From the human T2T-CHM13v2.0 reference genome, Homo sapiens: a stretch of 64,000 bases of DNA. The first letter of the stretch is position 1, and every line of letters starts with the position of its first letter. Under the pieces are notes generated by a model. That model saw nothing but the letters and a program-made list of their open reading frames with translations, was not told the DNA's origin and ran no database searches. Shown piece after piece: positions 1-14,183 of this stretch. The stretch lies in the NCBI RefSeq assembly GCF_009914755.1, contig NC_060929.1, one strand, 5' to 3'. A program made the position numbers and the translations under genes.

Positions 1-95
1 TAGGATGGCAAAACCAGGTATCTAAAGTCAAAAGTATCCAACCATGCCTAGGAAGGAAAGGAGTTGTTGTTTTGTAGAAGGCGGGGTTTGAGAGA

Positions 96-599
96 TCAGT
101 CAGACACAATTGGCAGGGAGAGCACGTGTGTTTTTATGAGAATTATGTCAAGATAGGTAACAGATGAGGAAGAAATTTGGGCTTGACTGAAGTAATGGGG
201 GCTGTCTGTGAAGGCTTGCGGCAGTACAGCCCAGGTAATTTGCTGAGCCTGATGGGTGTCAGGGTCAGTCCAAGTGAAAGCAAAGAGAGGCTGGGATGAA
301 GGGTGCAAAGGAATAGTAAAGAAAGCATGTTAGAGATCCAGAACAAAATAATGGGTTGTGGAGAGGGGTATTGAGGATAGGAGAGTATATGGGTTTGGCA
401 GCACGGGGTGGATAGGCAAAACAATCTGGTTGATAAGGCTCAGATCCTGAACCAACCTGTAAGCCTTGTCTGGTTTTAGGACAGGTAAAATGGGGGAATT
501 GTAAGGAGAGTTTATAGGCTTTAAAAGGCCATGCTGTGACAGGAGAGTGATAACAGGTTTTAATCCTTTTAAAGCGTGCTGTGGGTGGGATATTGGCAT
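96..599 (-). pseudogene. HERV-H pol, N-terminal reverse transcriptase remnant (stop codon; frame lost after SPHYFSQA)
   Basis: ORFs 330..599 and 96..308 carry gammaretroviral RT motifs (YRLVQDL, PNPYTLL, VLDL, LPQ.F.DSP) with a stop between them; no YxDD motif follows. Confidence 0.9.
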
Positions 600-1265
600 T
601 GAATGGGGTAAGGGTGATTAGGTTTCAATGGGATGGTAAGGTGTGCATGATCAGTCACCAAGGAGGGAGTAGAGGTATCCTATACTTGTGGGTTAAGGTG
701 CGGGGATACGAGAGGAGGATGTGAAGGAGGCTCTGAATTGGGGAAAAGGGCGGCAATGAGGTGTGGCTGTAGTCCAGGAACAGTCAGGGAAGCAGATAAT
801 TTAGTTGAAATGTCTTGGCCTAATAAGGGAACTGGGCAGGTGGAGATAACTAAAAAAGAGTGCTTAAAAGAATGTTGTCTAAGTTGGCACTAGAGTGGGG
901 GAGTTTTAAGAGGTTTAGAAGCCTGGCCATCAATACCCACAACAGTTATGGAGGCAATGGAAACAGGCCCTTGAAAAGAAGGTAATGTGGAGTGGGTAGC
1001 CTCCGTATTGATTAAGAAGGGGACGGACTTACCCTCCACTGTAAGAGTTACTCAGAGCATCTGTGATGGTCCTGTAGGCTTCCAAGGCAATCAGGCAGTG
1101 TCACTCTTCAGCTGCTAAGCAGAGACGATCTGGGAAGGAATCAGTCAGAGAGCCTTGGGCCAGAGTTCCAGGGGCTCTGGAAGTGGCTGCCAGGTGAGTT
1201 GAACAGTCCGATTTTCATTGGGGTCCCACACAGATGGGACACGGTTAGGAGGAATCCCAGGCTGT

Positions 1266-1319
1266 GGGCATTCCTTGGCCCAGTGGCCAGATTTCCGGCA
1301 TGTGTAGCAAGCTCCTGGG
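1266..1319 (-). pseudogene. HERV-H gag nucleocapsid CCHC zinc knuckle remnant
   Basis: Reverse complement reads PGACYTCRKSGHWAKECP (CX2CX4HX4C). Confidence 0.85.
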
Positions 1320-2374
1320 GGAGGAGGTTCTGGAGGAACCCCTGGCAGCTGCGGTTCAGGCGTTTGGAGTTCTTGTGTGCTGGAGATGTGGCTGGGGTTT
1401 GTCTTACAGTGGAGGCAAGGAATTGCAACTCAGAAATACATTGCTACTTGGCTGCCTCTATTATTGTACACCTTGAAGGCAAGGTTAATTAAGTCCTGTT
1501 GTGGGGTTTGAGGGCCGGAATTTAATTTTTGGAGTTTTATTTCATGTCAGGAGCAGATTGGGTAATAAAATGTATATTGAGAATAACACGGCCTTTTGAC
1601 CTTTTAGGGTCTAGGGCTGTAAAGCATCTCAAGGTTGCTGCCAAATGAGCCATGAACTGGGTTGGGTTTTTCATATTTGATGAAAAAGAGCCTAAATGCT
1701 AACTGATTTTGGGAGAGGTCGGATAAAGAAAAAGGAGTATTAACCTTGAGTATACCTTTAGCTCCAGCCACCTTTTTAAGAGGAAATTGCTGGGCAGGTT
1801 GGGGAGGGCTAGTCACAGAATGAAACTGTAAGCTGGCCCAGGTGTGAGGAGGGGAGGTGATAAAAGGATTATAGGGTGGGGGAGCAGAGGCTGAGGAAGA
1901 ATTGGGACCTGGCGAGGAGCAACCTGGGGTCGGGGGGAGAAGTCAGATGGGTCTGCAGAAAAGGAAGATTAGAAAGACTCAGTGACGCTTGGGGTTGGGA
2001 CTGAGAGGACAGGTGGGAGGGAAAGAAGGAGGATTTGGGATGAGTCACATTGGGAACAGAGACTAGGGAGGGAACAATGTGTAAAAGAATGCCTGGACAC
2101 CAGGCACCTCAGACCGTTTGCCTATTTTATGATAAGAATTATCTAGATCTGTAGGATGGAAAAATCAAAAGTGCTGTTTTCTGGCTATTTGGAACCACTG
2201 TCAAGTTTGTATTGGGGTCAAGCGGCATTGTAGAAGAAAATAAGGCGTTTAGGTTTAGGTCAGCTATGAGTTGAAGAGGTTTTAAGTTCTTGAGAACACA
2301 GGCTAAGGGAGTACAAGGAGGAATGGAGGGTGGAAGGCTGCCCATAGTGAAGGAGGCAAGCCCAGAGAAAAGAG

Positions 2375-2548
2375 AGAGTAGAGACATGGAGAGATGGGGT
2401 GGGGATACTTGCCCCCCAGGAAAGTGGAGAAGGAGTAGAGACATGGAGAAAAGGGGTTGGGGGGTTCTTGCCCCCCAGAAAAGCGGAGAAGGGGTAGAGA
2501 CATGGAGAGAAGGAGTCAGGGGGGTTCTTGCCTCCCAGAAAAGCGGTA
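2375..2548 (-). repeat. Imperfect ~60-bp direct repeats in the HERV-H leader (about 3 copies)
   Basis: GTAGAGACATGGAGA...CTTGCCCCCCAG unit recurs at about 2378, 2434 and 2494. Confidence 0.75.
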
Positions 2549-2849
2549 CTTGCTGCTAAGGGGGAAGGACCAAGGCAGGCGTCCCCGAGTGGGCAGACAC
2601 CTCTGAAATGTGGGTAAATAATCAGGCAGGCATCCCTGCGTGATTAAACACCGAAGGAAGACTGTCTTCCCGTGTCCGTGACTGGTGCTGGAGTTTTGGG
2701 TCCACGGATAAAACGCGTCTCCTGTCTCTACGAGAAAAGGAAAGGAACTGAAATTAAGAGAAGGGAGAGATTGAAGTGTGGTGCCAAGATTGAAAGGAGA
2801 AAGAGGTTGAGGGAGAGTGAGAGGTTGGAGAAGAGAGTAAAAAAAGGCT

Positions 2850-2858
2850 GCTTACCAG
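2850..2858 (-). promoter_or_regulatory. HERV-H major splice donor
   Basis: Minus strand AAATCTG|GTAAGCAG about 145 nt downstream of the LTR, at the usual HERV-H donor position. Confidence 0.75.
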
Positions 2859-2981
2859 ATTTAAAATTGGTGAGATGTTCCTTGGGCTGGTTGGTCTGAG
2901 GACCTGAGGTCGTAGGTGGATCTTTCTCATGGAGCAAAGAGCAGGAGGACAGGGGATTGATCTCCCAAGGGAGGTCCCCCG

Positions 2982-2999
2982 ATCTGAGTCACGGCACCA
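2982..2999 (-). promoter_or_regulatory. Primer binding site complementary to tRNA-His
   Basis: TGGTGCCGTGACTCAGAT, one mismatch to the canonical TGGTGCCGTGACTCGGAT, directly after the LTR end. Confidence 0.93.
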
Positions 3000-3001
3000 A
3001 A

Positions 3002-3403
3002 TTTCACTCGCGTCCATGTGAAGAGACCACCAAACAGGCTTTGTGTGAGCAATAAGGCTGTTTATTTCACCTGGGTGCAGATGGGCTGAGTCTGAAAAGA
3101 GTCAGCAAAGGGAGATAGGGGTGGGGCCGTTTTATAAGATGTGGGTAGGTAAAGGAAAGAGGGGGGTTGTTCTCTGGCGGGCAGGGATGGGGGTCACAAG
3201 GTGCTCAGTGGGGGAGCTTTTGAGCCAGGATGAGCCAGGAGAAGGAATTTCACAAGGTAATGTCATCATTTAAGGCAGGAACAGGCCATTTTCACTTCTT
3301 TTGTGGTGGAATGTCATCAGTTAAGGCAGGAACCCGCCATCTGGATGTGTACTTGCAGGTCACAGGGGATATGATGGCTTAGCTTGGGCTCAGAGGCCTG
3401 ACA
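3002..3403 (-). mobile_element. LTR7, 5' LTR of the HERV-H provirus
   Basis: Starts TGTCAGGCCTCTGAGCCCAAGCTAAGCC and ends GGACGCGAGTGAAA; two U3 repeats (CCTGCCTTAAxTGATGACATT), TATA box CTTATAAAA, AATAAA. Confidence 0.96.
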
Positions 3404-3440
3404 CTCCGTCTCAAGATAAAAAAAAAAAAAAAAAAAAAAA
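3404..3440 (+). mobile_element. 3' terminal remnant of an Alu plus poly(A), split by the HERV-H insertion
   Basis: CTCCGTCTCA followed by an A-tail directly abutting the LTR terminus. Confidence 0.75.
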
Positions 3441-4228
3441 GATGTTTTAGGCTTGTTTAAGAATATTTGTGCAAGATGATATTACCTCTATGCATATGAC
3501 ATAATAAAGATGAGTGAAAACAAAATTTGACCTTTTAAAAAGATTTCAGTCTTGCCAAAAGTGGTTGGTGGGGGGAGCCGAAGAGGACTGGAGGGGAATG
3601 AGAGAAGAGGGGTGAAAGAATGAAGGAAGGAGGTAGGGACATTTTGTGGACAATCTAAGAACACAATAAAGAAGAGAACTACAGAAAAAACATATTTTTT
3701 TAATAAGTTAGATTATTATAAACTCTTCTCACCTATTATATTTAAAACATAAATTTATATTTTAAATGTATAAATTCTCAGAAATATCTAAAATACCAGA
3801 ATTGATGGAAAGTGGAATGAACCAGGAAATAGCATATTTAAAATTTGAAATGGTAATAAAAGATTCCTCTTTCCAGAAAACATCAGACCCATATGGCTCT
3901 ACAGGCAAGTTCTAGGCAACTTTCAAGAAAGTTAATTTTTATTTTAAGGTATTTTTCTATCCCCAGTTAAAAAAAAACAGGCAAAAGTTGTCCAACTTAG
4001 TTTATGTGGCTAAATGTGATGTTGTTTGCAATACCAGGAGAAAGTACAGAAGAAATTTAAGTTACATATATGCTTTTACTTATGAACGTAGATACCCACC
4101 TGAAGAAAATCTAGCCAACTGAATCTGATCGAGTATCTAAAACATTAATGAATTGTTATTACAAACTGCAAGAATAGTTCAACCTCAGATTGCTCCTGTA
4201 AGAAGAAAGACTAACACGGCTTAATCCG

Positions 4229-4997
<769 letters not shown>

Positions 4998-5059
4998 GGC
5001 AGATGCATGGACTGAAGGGAATGAATGCTTTTGATGCTGCTATGTGCACCGCCCTGTAT

Positions 5060-5280
5060 CACATTCCTACTATGTGCCAGACACTGTGCCAATCACTTTA
5101 CATGCATTATATCCTTTCATTTATTTATCACAATAACCCCATTTTAATTCATTTGTGGACAAATTGAAACCTAGAAGTGTTAAATTACTTGCCAAGACAC
5201 ACAGCTTTTCAGTGGTGGGACTGGGGTTCAAATCTAGGTTCTTCTCAGTTCAAAGCCCACACTCTTGTCCACTCTGCTAC
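5060..5280. mobile_element. MIR
   Basis: CTACTATGTGCCAGACACTGTG...GAAACCTAGAAGTGTTAAATTACTTGCCAAG...GGGTTCAAATCTAGG core-like motifs. Confidence 0.7.
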
Positions 5281-5547
5281 ATAGTCTTTCTTTTGCTAAC
5301 CACAGGAAGATGCAAGGGAAGACTGCTATGATTCTATCCACTTTATATTAAGCTGTGGAGATGAGTAAATAACTTTCTCATGCCTCCCCTTCTGGAAGGG
5401 CTCAGTCCAAATGCCTCTCCACTCTGCAGCTTTACCAAATCAAATCCCATTTGCATCACCTGCTCCCTCCTGGATACCCACAGCACAGCTGCAGCTCTTG
5501 GGACACTGATGACATCACAGTGGATTTATTTGTTTAAACAGTTGCTA

Positions 5548-5986
<439 letters not shown>

Positions 5987-6307
5987 TTAAAGATTATACA
6001 TTAAAACAACAAATAGTTTACTTAATAAAAAAGCTCTAGTTGATTTCTTTTTAAAACTGGAAACAAGAGAAACACACCCATTGTCTACTCTAACATGGTA
6101 TTGGAAGATCTGAATAGTGCTGTAAGGAAAGAAAAATAACTAGGAAATTAAGGTTTCAGAACAGAGGCTCTTATTATTTGTAGTGTATATTATCAATCAA
6201 CAGACAAACTATTAAAATGAATAAGAACATTCAGCAAATTTTCTAGATTAAAAAAGAGTGGGCATTTTATCACCAACAATGACTTAGTAGAAAATAAAAT
6301 AACTTAG

Positions 6308-6649
6308 TGATACGGTGTGGCTGGGTCCCCACCCAAATCTCATCTTGAATTGCAGTTCCCATAATCCTCACATGTAGAGGGAGAGACCATGTCAGAGGTG
6401 ACTGGATCATGGGGGCAGTTTCCCCATGCTGTTCTCATGATAGTGAGTTCTTATGAGATCTGATGTTTTATAAGAAGCTCTTCCCCCTTTGCTTCTCTCT
6501 CTGTCTCCTGCCACCATGTAAGATGTGCCTTTTTCTCTTCTGCCATGATTGTAAGTTTCCCGTGGCCTCCCCAGCCATATGGAACTGAACCTCTTTCCTT
6601 TATAAATTACCCAGTCTCAGGTATTTCTTTGTGAAAATTGACTAATACA
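6308..6649 (+). mobile_element. THE1-type MaLR solo LTR (THE1C/D-like)
   Basis: TGATACGGTGTGGCTG...CCCACCCAAATCTCATCTTGAATTG to ACTAATACA; near-TSD CTTAG/TTTAG. Confidence 0.9.
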
Positions 6650-7689
6650 TTTAGATTCCATTCACAATAGAAATAAGAAATAGAAAGTATCTAGGCATTA
6701 CTCTAAGCAAGGCTACTCATACCACCCATGGAAAACATTTTAAAATTATAATAAAGAACAAAGAAGATAATGAGAAGTAAATGAGTGATACAGCATGCTT
6801 TTGGATGATAGAAAATTATACAATGTCAATTATTCTCAAATTAGCTAACTCAGTGCAATCCCAGTTAAAGTTCTCATTGGAGATTTTGAGAAACTTGTTG
6901 AACTTATCTACATTTAAAAGGAAAAAGTAAAAAGGCATTACATAGCTAAATCAATAATGAAAAAGAAGAATAAAGAAAAAGAGCTTGCTATCTCAGATGT
7001 CAGACATGCTTCAAAGCCAAATCACTGTGTTACTGGACCAAGAATGTATAAATAAACTAATAGAAGAGGAGAATTCAGAGATAGACACTTGATATACAAT
7101 ATACATATTTCAAATAATCATAAATCAATGAAAAAGAGTAGATGATTTAGTTGATTCTATTGGGAATCTGCCTCCATGGCAGCATATCCCAAGAGAATTT
7201 CTATTAATAGATGAATTAAAGACCGAGTGTGGAAGGTAAAAGCTAGAGGTTAATAAAAGACGATATTGGAGAATAGTATCTTTATAATCTAGTAGCAGAA
7301 AAAGGTTTCTTAATCCAAACCCCAAACACACACATCATAAAAACCTAAAAAGGAATGAAGTTGATCACATCAAAATCAAGAATCTGTTAAAAAAACAGCA
7401 CCATGAATAAAGTTAATAAAATGAGAGAAGATCTTTGAAATGTATACACCTGACAAGGGACTGATATCTAGAATCATTAAGACACTCCTACAAATCAACA
7501 AAAAGAATGCAGCTCTAAGGAAAGCTGGGAAAGGATAAGAACAGTTTCCACGAGTGGAATTTATTTCTAATAAATTAACAAAAAATTACAATGTTGGAAA
7601 TTTCAAATGGTAGTGGGGTGGAGATTGTTACCACTCTTCTGAAGAGCAATGGGCAGTTCTTATTCAAATTCAGTGTATAAATGTTCGGT

Positions 7690-7775
7690 ATATAGCATAC
7701 ATGTATATATATATATTCAGTATGCAGCATATATGTATAAATATTCATCATGTATATACTGTATGTGTGTGTGTG
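7690..7775. repeat. Degenerate (TA)n/(TG)n microsatellite
   Basis: TATATAGCATACATGTATATATATATA...TGTGTGTGTG. Confidence 0.7.
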
Positions 7776-7996
7776 AATGCAAACATATACTTTCACCAAG
7801 CAATTGCAGTGCTGAGTTTATGCTCTGAAGATTTTCCCAACCAAATGATGAGGCATGTTTAGAAGCATACTCATCACAATATTGGAAATTAAGTATCTAT
7901 TCCAATCCAAGTATCTATCTCTGAGCATCAGACAGGTGTCCAGTGGTGGACGTATTCCATGAAGCACAACGAAGGCATTAAAGAACCCATAAAAAA

Positions 7997-8276
7997 GGCC
8001 AGGCATTGCGGCTCATGCCTATAATCGCAGCACTTTGGGAGGCTGAGGGGGGTCATTTGAGCTCAGGAATTCAAAAACTGTCTGGGCAACATGGTGAGAT
8101 TCTATCTCTGCAAAAATATACAAAAATTAGCTGGGCATGGTGGCACATGCCTGTAGTCCCAGCTACCTGGGGGGCTGAGGTAGGAGGACTGCTTGAGCCC
8201 AGGGGGTCTCAAGCCTGCACTCCAGCCTGGGTGACAGAGTGTGACCCTGTCTCAAAAACAACAACAACAACAAAAA
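7997..8276 (+). mobile_element. AluJ with (CAA)n tail
   Basis: GCTTGAGCCCAGG and GACCCTGTCTC J-type features. Confidence 0.9.
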
Positions 8277-8450
8277 CCTCATAGAACAGTACATAGAACA
8301 GTAGTATTGACTGGGTGACACACAAACAGATAGATGGATTACAAACGTTGGTCTAAATATAAAAGTGAGAGACATAACATTATCCATTACTTGTTTAAAT
8401 ACATTCAGATATATGTAGACAAAAATAACATTATACAGATTATATTAGAC

Positions 8451-8663
8451 TATGGTTGCTGAGCTTAAAAAATAAAAATGCAGGATGCTGAGTTATATGT
8501 GAGTTTCAGAGTAACAATGAATAACTTTTTGTATAAGTATGTGCTAAGTATTATTACAAGCACAGTCCATACAGTATTTGATACATACTTATACTAAAAC
8601 ATTATTTATAGTTTCTCTGAAATTCAAATTTAACTGAGTCCTGTATTTAATCTGCCAACTCTA
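8451..8663. mobile_element. MER53 palindromic hAT-type MITE
   Basis: GGTTGC...AATAAAAATGCAGGA...TTTCAGA...GTATAAGTATG mirrored by CATACTTATAC...TCTGAAATTCAAATTTAACT...TCCTGTATTT...CTGCCAACTCTA. Confidence 0.85.
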
Positions 8664-9563
8664 CACCAAACAAAAGATACATGAACCTGTTAGAAGCGTT
8701 GCCTTTTAAGGGTAGGGAGCAGAATGGTATTGGAAAATGCAGATAAAATGGGTGAAATAAAACAGATAAACAAAAATAAATCAAAAGAGGGCCATGGACA
8801 GCTCAATGGTGATAAAGTGCCATGCACTGAACATAATTAACTTCACTAGCTGTTTCTAAGTGTAACAAGGGAGAAAAGAGGCAGAGTGATACTTGGAGAA
8901 AAGAAGGAAAAAGGAAAGGAAAAAAAGCCACAATTTATAAGAGCTTCATTAAAAATATATTGAGAAATATCATGGCGTGGAACTGACTTATAAGTGATAT
9001 TCCCTAGTAAATTGCAAAGTGACCTTTTGGATTGGGGAATAACTAATTATTTTTAGATAAACGAAACCCACATTTTTATTTTCTTCCTGATATTTTCATC
9101 TTTAGTGAATAAAAATGTTTAATGAACATTCAGTGCATTAAAATGATAAGTTCAGGGTTATTGTGTAACAAAAACATATTTGAAATACCATACCATGTTT
9201 TCACACACAAGGGAAAATTCATATACAAAATAATTACTTGAGCAGCAAAGAAAGTTAGATCCTAACATGTTTTGGTCTCCTCCAGCAGTTGCCAGAGAAA
9301 AATGCCCTCAGTCAAGATAAACAACACTCTTGAATCATGAAGTCCTGAACCCATCATAAGCCCTGTATTTTAGCAGCAAAGTCAGCCTTATCATCTCATG
9401 TGACCCCAGACAAACATTTTCCTCTGGCTCAACATGACAGTCAAAACACTGATATTAGTACCTTGCAGATCTGAAGCAATGTGCAAATCACATTGGATTA
9501 ACAAGCTCTTAGGGGTAGCCAAATTCAAACAAGCGAGTTCACTCAAGCAGGAGATCCAGGTGA

Positions 9564-10281
<718 letters not shown>

Positions 10282-10414
10282 TAGCAAATTGATGAAATGT
10301 TGGCATCAGACAGGAATGAGAGAAAAATCCATAGTCCTGAAAACCCAGGTCCTCAAATCCCTCGTGTTCATGCCCATAGAGTGTCAATCTCCTTTGTCTT
10401 AATTATTCTTCTTC

Positions 10415-10450
<36 letters not shown>

Positions 10451-10885
10451 TACTAATTGTTCTCAACTCTCTGGATAGAGAGTTGCCCTTCAAAATCAGA
10501 TTAGTCAATGTTGGCACAGCATTGTTTCTTGCTTTAGGATACAGTTCTTCATTTTCTGTACAGTTTATCTGTTTTCCCACCTCTTTGCCAGGTCTGTTCC
10601 TAGAACACAAGAGTCTTTCCTTGATTTATACTCTTGAATTTATCACTAAAGTGTTCGACAATCCCACGGACAAAACCCAGCAATATTATTCTGGGAACCA
10701 AGAAGATTTTTTGAGCCAACTTCATATTTTCATAATAAGCAATTACATGGCCCTCTGTGATTTGGGTCAGATTATTCACCTTTCAGAGTTTAGTGACTAT
10801 AGTATGGGATGTGAAGTAATGATACTGAGTGCTTTGAAATCTGAGTTCTGATGGTCAACGGCTGCGTAAATTTGGCATGCTTCTT

Positions 10886-11897
10886 TTTTATTTTAAGTTC
10901 CAGGATACATGTGCAGAATGTGCAGGTTTGTTACACAGGTAAACATGTGCTATGGTGGTTTGCTGCACCCATCAACCCATCACCTAGATATTAAGCCCAG
11001 CATGCATTTGCTATTTTTCCTGATGCTTTCCCTCCCCCACCACCCCCAATAGCCCCCAGTATGTGTTGTTCCCCTCCCTGAGTCCATGTGTTCTCATTGT
11101 TCAGCACCCACTTATAAGTGAGAACATATGGTGTTTGGTTTTCTGTTCCCGTATTAGTTTGCTAAGGATAATGACTTCCAGCTCCATCCATGTCTCTGCA
11201 AAGAACATGAGCTCATTCTTTTTATGGCTGCATAGTATTCTATGGTATATATGTATCAAATTTTCTTTATCCAGTCTAATATTGATGGGCATTTGGGTTG
11301 ATTGCATGTCTTTGCTATTGTGAATGGTGCTGCAGTGAACATACACATGCATGCATCTTTATAATAGAATGATTTATATTCCTTTGGATAGATACCAAAT
11401 AATGGGATTGCTAGGTCAAAATGTATTTCTGGTTCTAGGTCTTTGAGGAATCGCCACACTGTCTTCCACAATGATTGAATTAATTTACATTTCCACCAAC
11501 AGTATAAAAGTGTTCCTATTTCTCCACAGCCTCGCCAGCATCTGTTGTTTCTTGACTTGTTAATAATCGCCATTCTGACTGGCATGAGATGGTATCTCAT
11601 TGTGGTTTTGATTTGCATTTCTCTAATGATCAGTGATGTTGAGCTTTTTGTCATATGATTGTTGGCTGCATAAATGTCTTCTTTTGAGGAATGTCTATTC
11701 CTGTCCTTTGCCCACTTTTTAATGGGGTTTTTTCTTGTGAATTTGTTTAGGTTCCTTGTAGATTCTGGATATTAGACCTTTGTCAGATGGATAGATTTGC
11801 AAAAATTTTCTCCCATTCTGTAGGTTGTCTGTTCCCTCTGATGATAGTTTCTTTTGCTGTGCAGAAGCTCTTTAGTGTCAACTTTTGCTTTTGTTGC
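10886..11897 (-). mobile_element. 5'-truncated L1PA (3' ~1 kb)
   Basis: ORF2 C-terminal peptides ([27 protein letters not shown]) and 3'UTR; imperfect TSD AATTTGGCATGCTTCTT / AATTTAGCATGTTTCTT. Confidence 0.95.
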
Positions 11898-11981
11898 AAT
11901 TTAGCATGTTTCTTAATTTTGCGCTGCCATATTTTCTAATGTACCAACCAAACACAATATTTATTTTTTTAATACAAATAA

Positions 11982-12324
<343 letters not shown>

Positions 12325-12703
12325 CATTAACATTCTTCTAAGAAAAGATGGCAACAATCCCATTTCTAGCAGAAAATATTTGAAGTTTATTTCATTTAAT
12401 TAGCTCATAATCTTGGGCTATTTATTGAGTGTTGTAATATGTGACTTCAGGAAACAAGGTGGTTTCTACCCTTTTGAAAGTTATAGTATGGGGAGACAGA
12501 TAATAAACAGGCAAAAATAAACAGGACAAGTTACCAAATGGTAAGTGATTTTTGGAAACATTTTGATGATGATTTATAATAGACAGACATACAGTTTCAG
12601 AAATAGTTAGCTTGTTTAGTTTTGAGTTGCTTTTATCATATAGTTATATACTATAGTGATTAAGTTATATGTTCCCTGCCCTTAGATACTCTGCTAAATT
12701 GAC

Positions 12704-13315
12704 CAAAGGTTGGCAAACCCTTTTTCTATAGAGGGCCAGATATTAAATATTTTAGACTCTGCAGGCCATGTAGTCTCTGCTGTACTACTCAACTGTGCCA
12801 TTGAAGTCAAAAGAGCAGCCATAGCTAATACATAAACAAATAAGCATGGCTAGGTTCCGTTAAAAACTTTATTTGGCTGGGCGCAGTGGCCCATGTCCCA
12901 GCACTTTGGGAGGCTGAGGCAGGTGGATCACGAGGTGAGGAGTTCAAGACCATCCTGGCCAAGATGGTGAAACCCCGTCTCTACTAAAAATACAAAAAAT
13001 TAGCCAGGTGTGGTGGCGGGCGCCTGTAATCCCAGCCACTCAGGAGGCTGAGGCAGAGAACTGCCTGAACTCGGGAGGCTGAAGTTGCAGTGAGCCAAGA
13101 TGGTGCCACTGCACTCCAGCCTGGCTGGCAGAGCAAGACTCTGTCTCAAAAACAAACAAACGTACAAAACGCTTTATTTATGGACGTACAACTTTGATTT
13201 TCATGTGATTTTCATGTGTCACTAAATATTAATATTCTTTGATTTGTTTTCAACTGTTGAAAACTGTAAATACTGTTCTTAGTTGGCATGCCACACAAAA
13301 CAGGCAACAGGCTGG
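12704..13315. mobile_element. MER58B-like hAT-Charlie element split by an Alu, 3' end deleted
   Basis: AGGTTGGCAAAC...AGGGCCAGATATTAAATATTTTAGACT...GCAGCCATAG...AAAACTTTATTT resumes after the Alu. Confidence 0.8.
12875..13165 (+). mobile_element. AluS (Sg-like)
   Basis: Full dimer; CTTTATTT duplicated on both sides. Confidence 0.93.
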
Positions 13316-13362
13316 TCTCACAAAGTGCTGGGATTACAGGTGTGAGCCACTGTGCCTGGTCC
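13309..13362 (-). mobile_element. Alu 5'-end fragment
   Basis: CAGGCTGGTCTC joined to CAAAGTGCTGGGATTACAGGTGTGAGCCACTGTGCCTGG. Confidence 0.8.
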
Positions 13363-13737
13363 ACTTTCTCAGTCTTTGTGATGTGTCCCAATGACTTGCT
13401 ATCGTGTGAAAATGCAGATTCTGATGGAGTAGGCCTAAGGTGGAACCTGAGATTCTGAATATTGATGTTTTGGGTCTAGGGTAGCAAGAATATAGAAAGT
13501 GCTGTTGAGAACACACAGAAAAGTTCTGCCAGGATACAGAGAAAAATGCTAGGGAGAATATCTCTGGATAGGGGATCAAGACAATGAGGAGTAAATGGGA
13601 CTTTCACAATTTTCTGTTTAAACTTCTGTTTCACTTGATTTTTTATAACAGATTTTATTTCTAGAATATTTTGTTAAGAACGCAAACTTTGGGATAGTCA
13701 TAAATAAATTTGACAGAGGCATAGGGTGAAATTTTAA

Positions 13738-14183
<446 letters not shown>

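Larger units (their letters stand above)
1..3001 (-). mobile_element. HERV-H internal region (5' leader, decayed gag, pro, start of pol); continues beyond window start
   Basis: Minus-strand RT peptides (LKPINSPYNSPILPVLKPDKAYRLVQDL; FAFTWTDPDTHQAQQITWAVLPQAFTDSPHYF), protease remnant LTVEGKSVPFLINTEATHS, gag zinc knuckle, His PBS next to an LTR7. Confidence 0.97.

Noticed and set aside
96-2444. Functional HERV-H Gag/Pro/Pol
   Set aside because: Fragmented by stops and frameshifts; protease active site reads NTEA instead of DTGA; RT lacks YxDD
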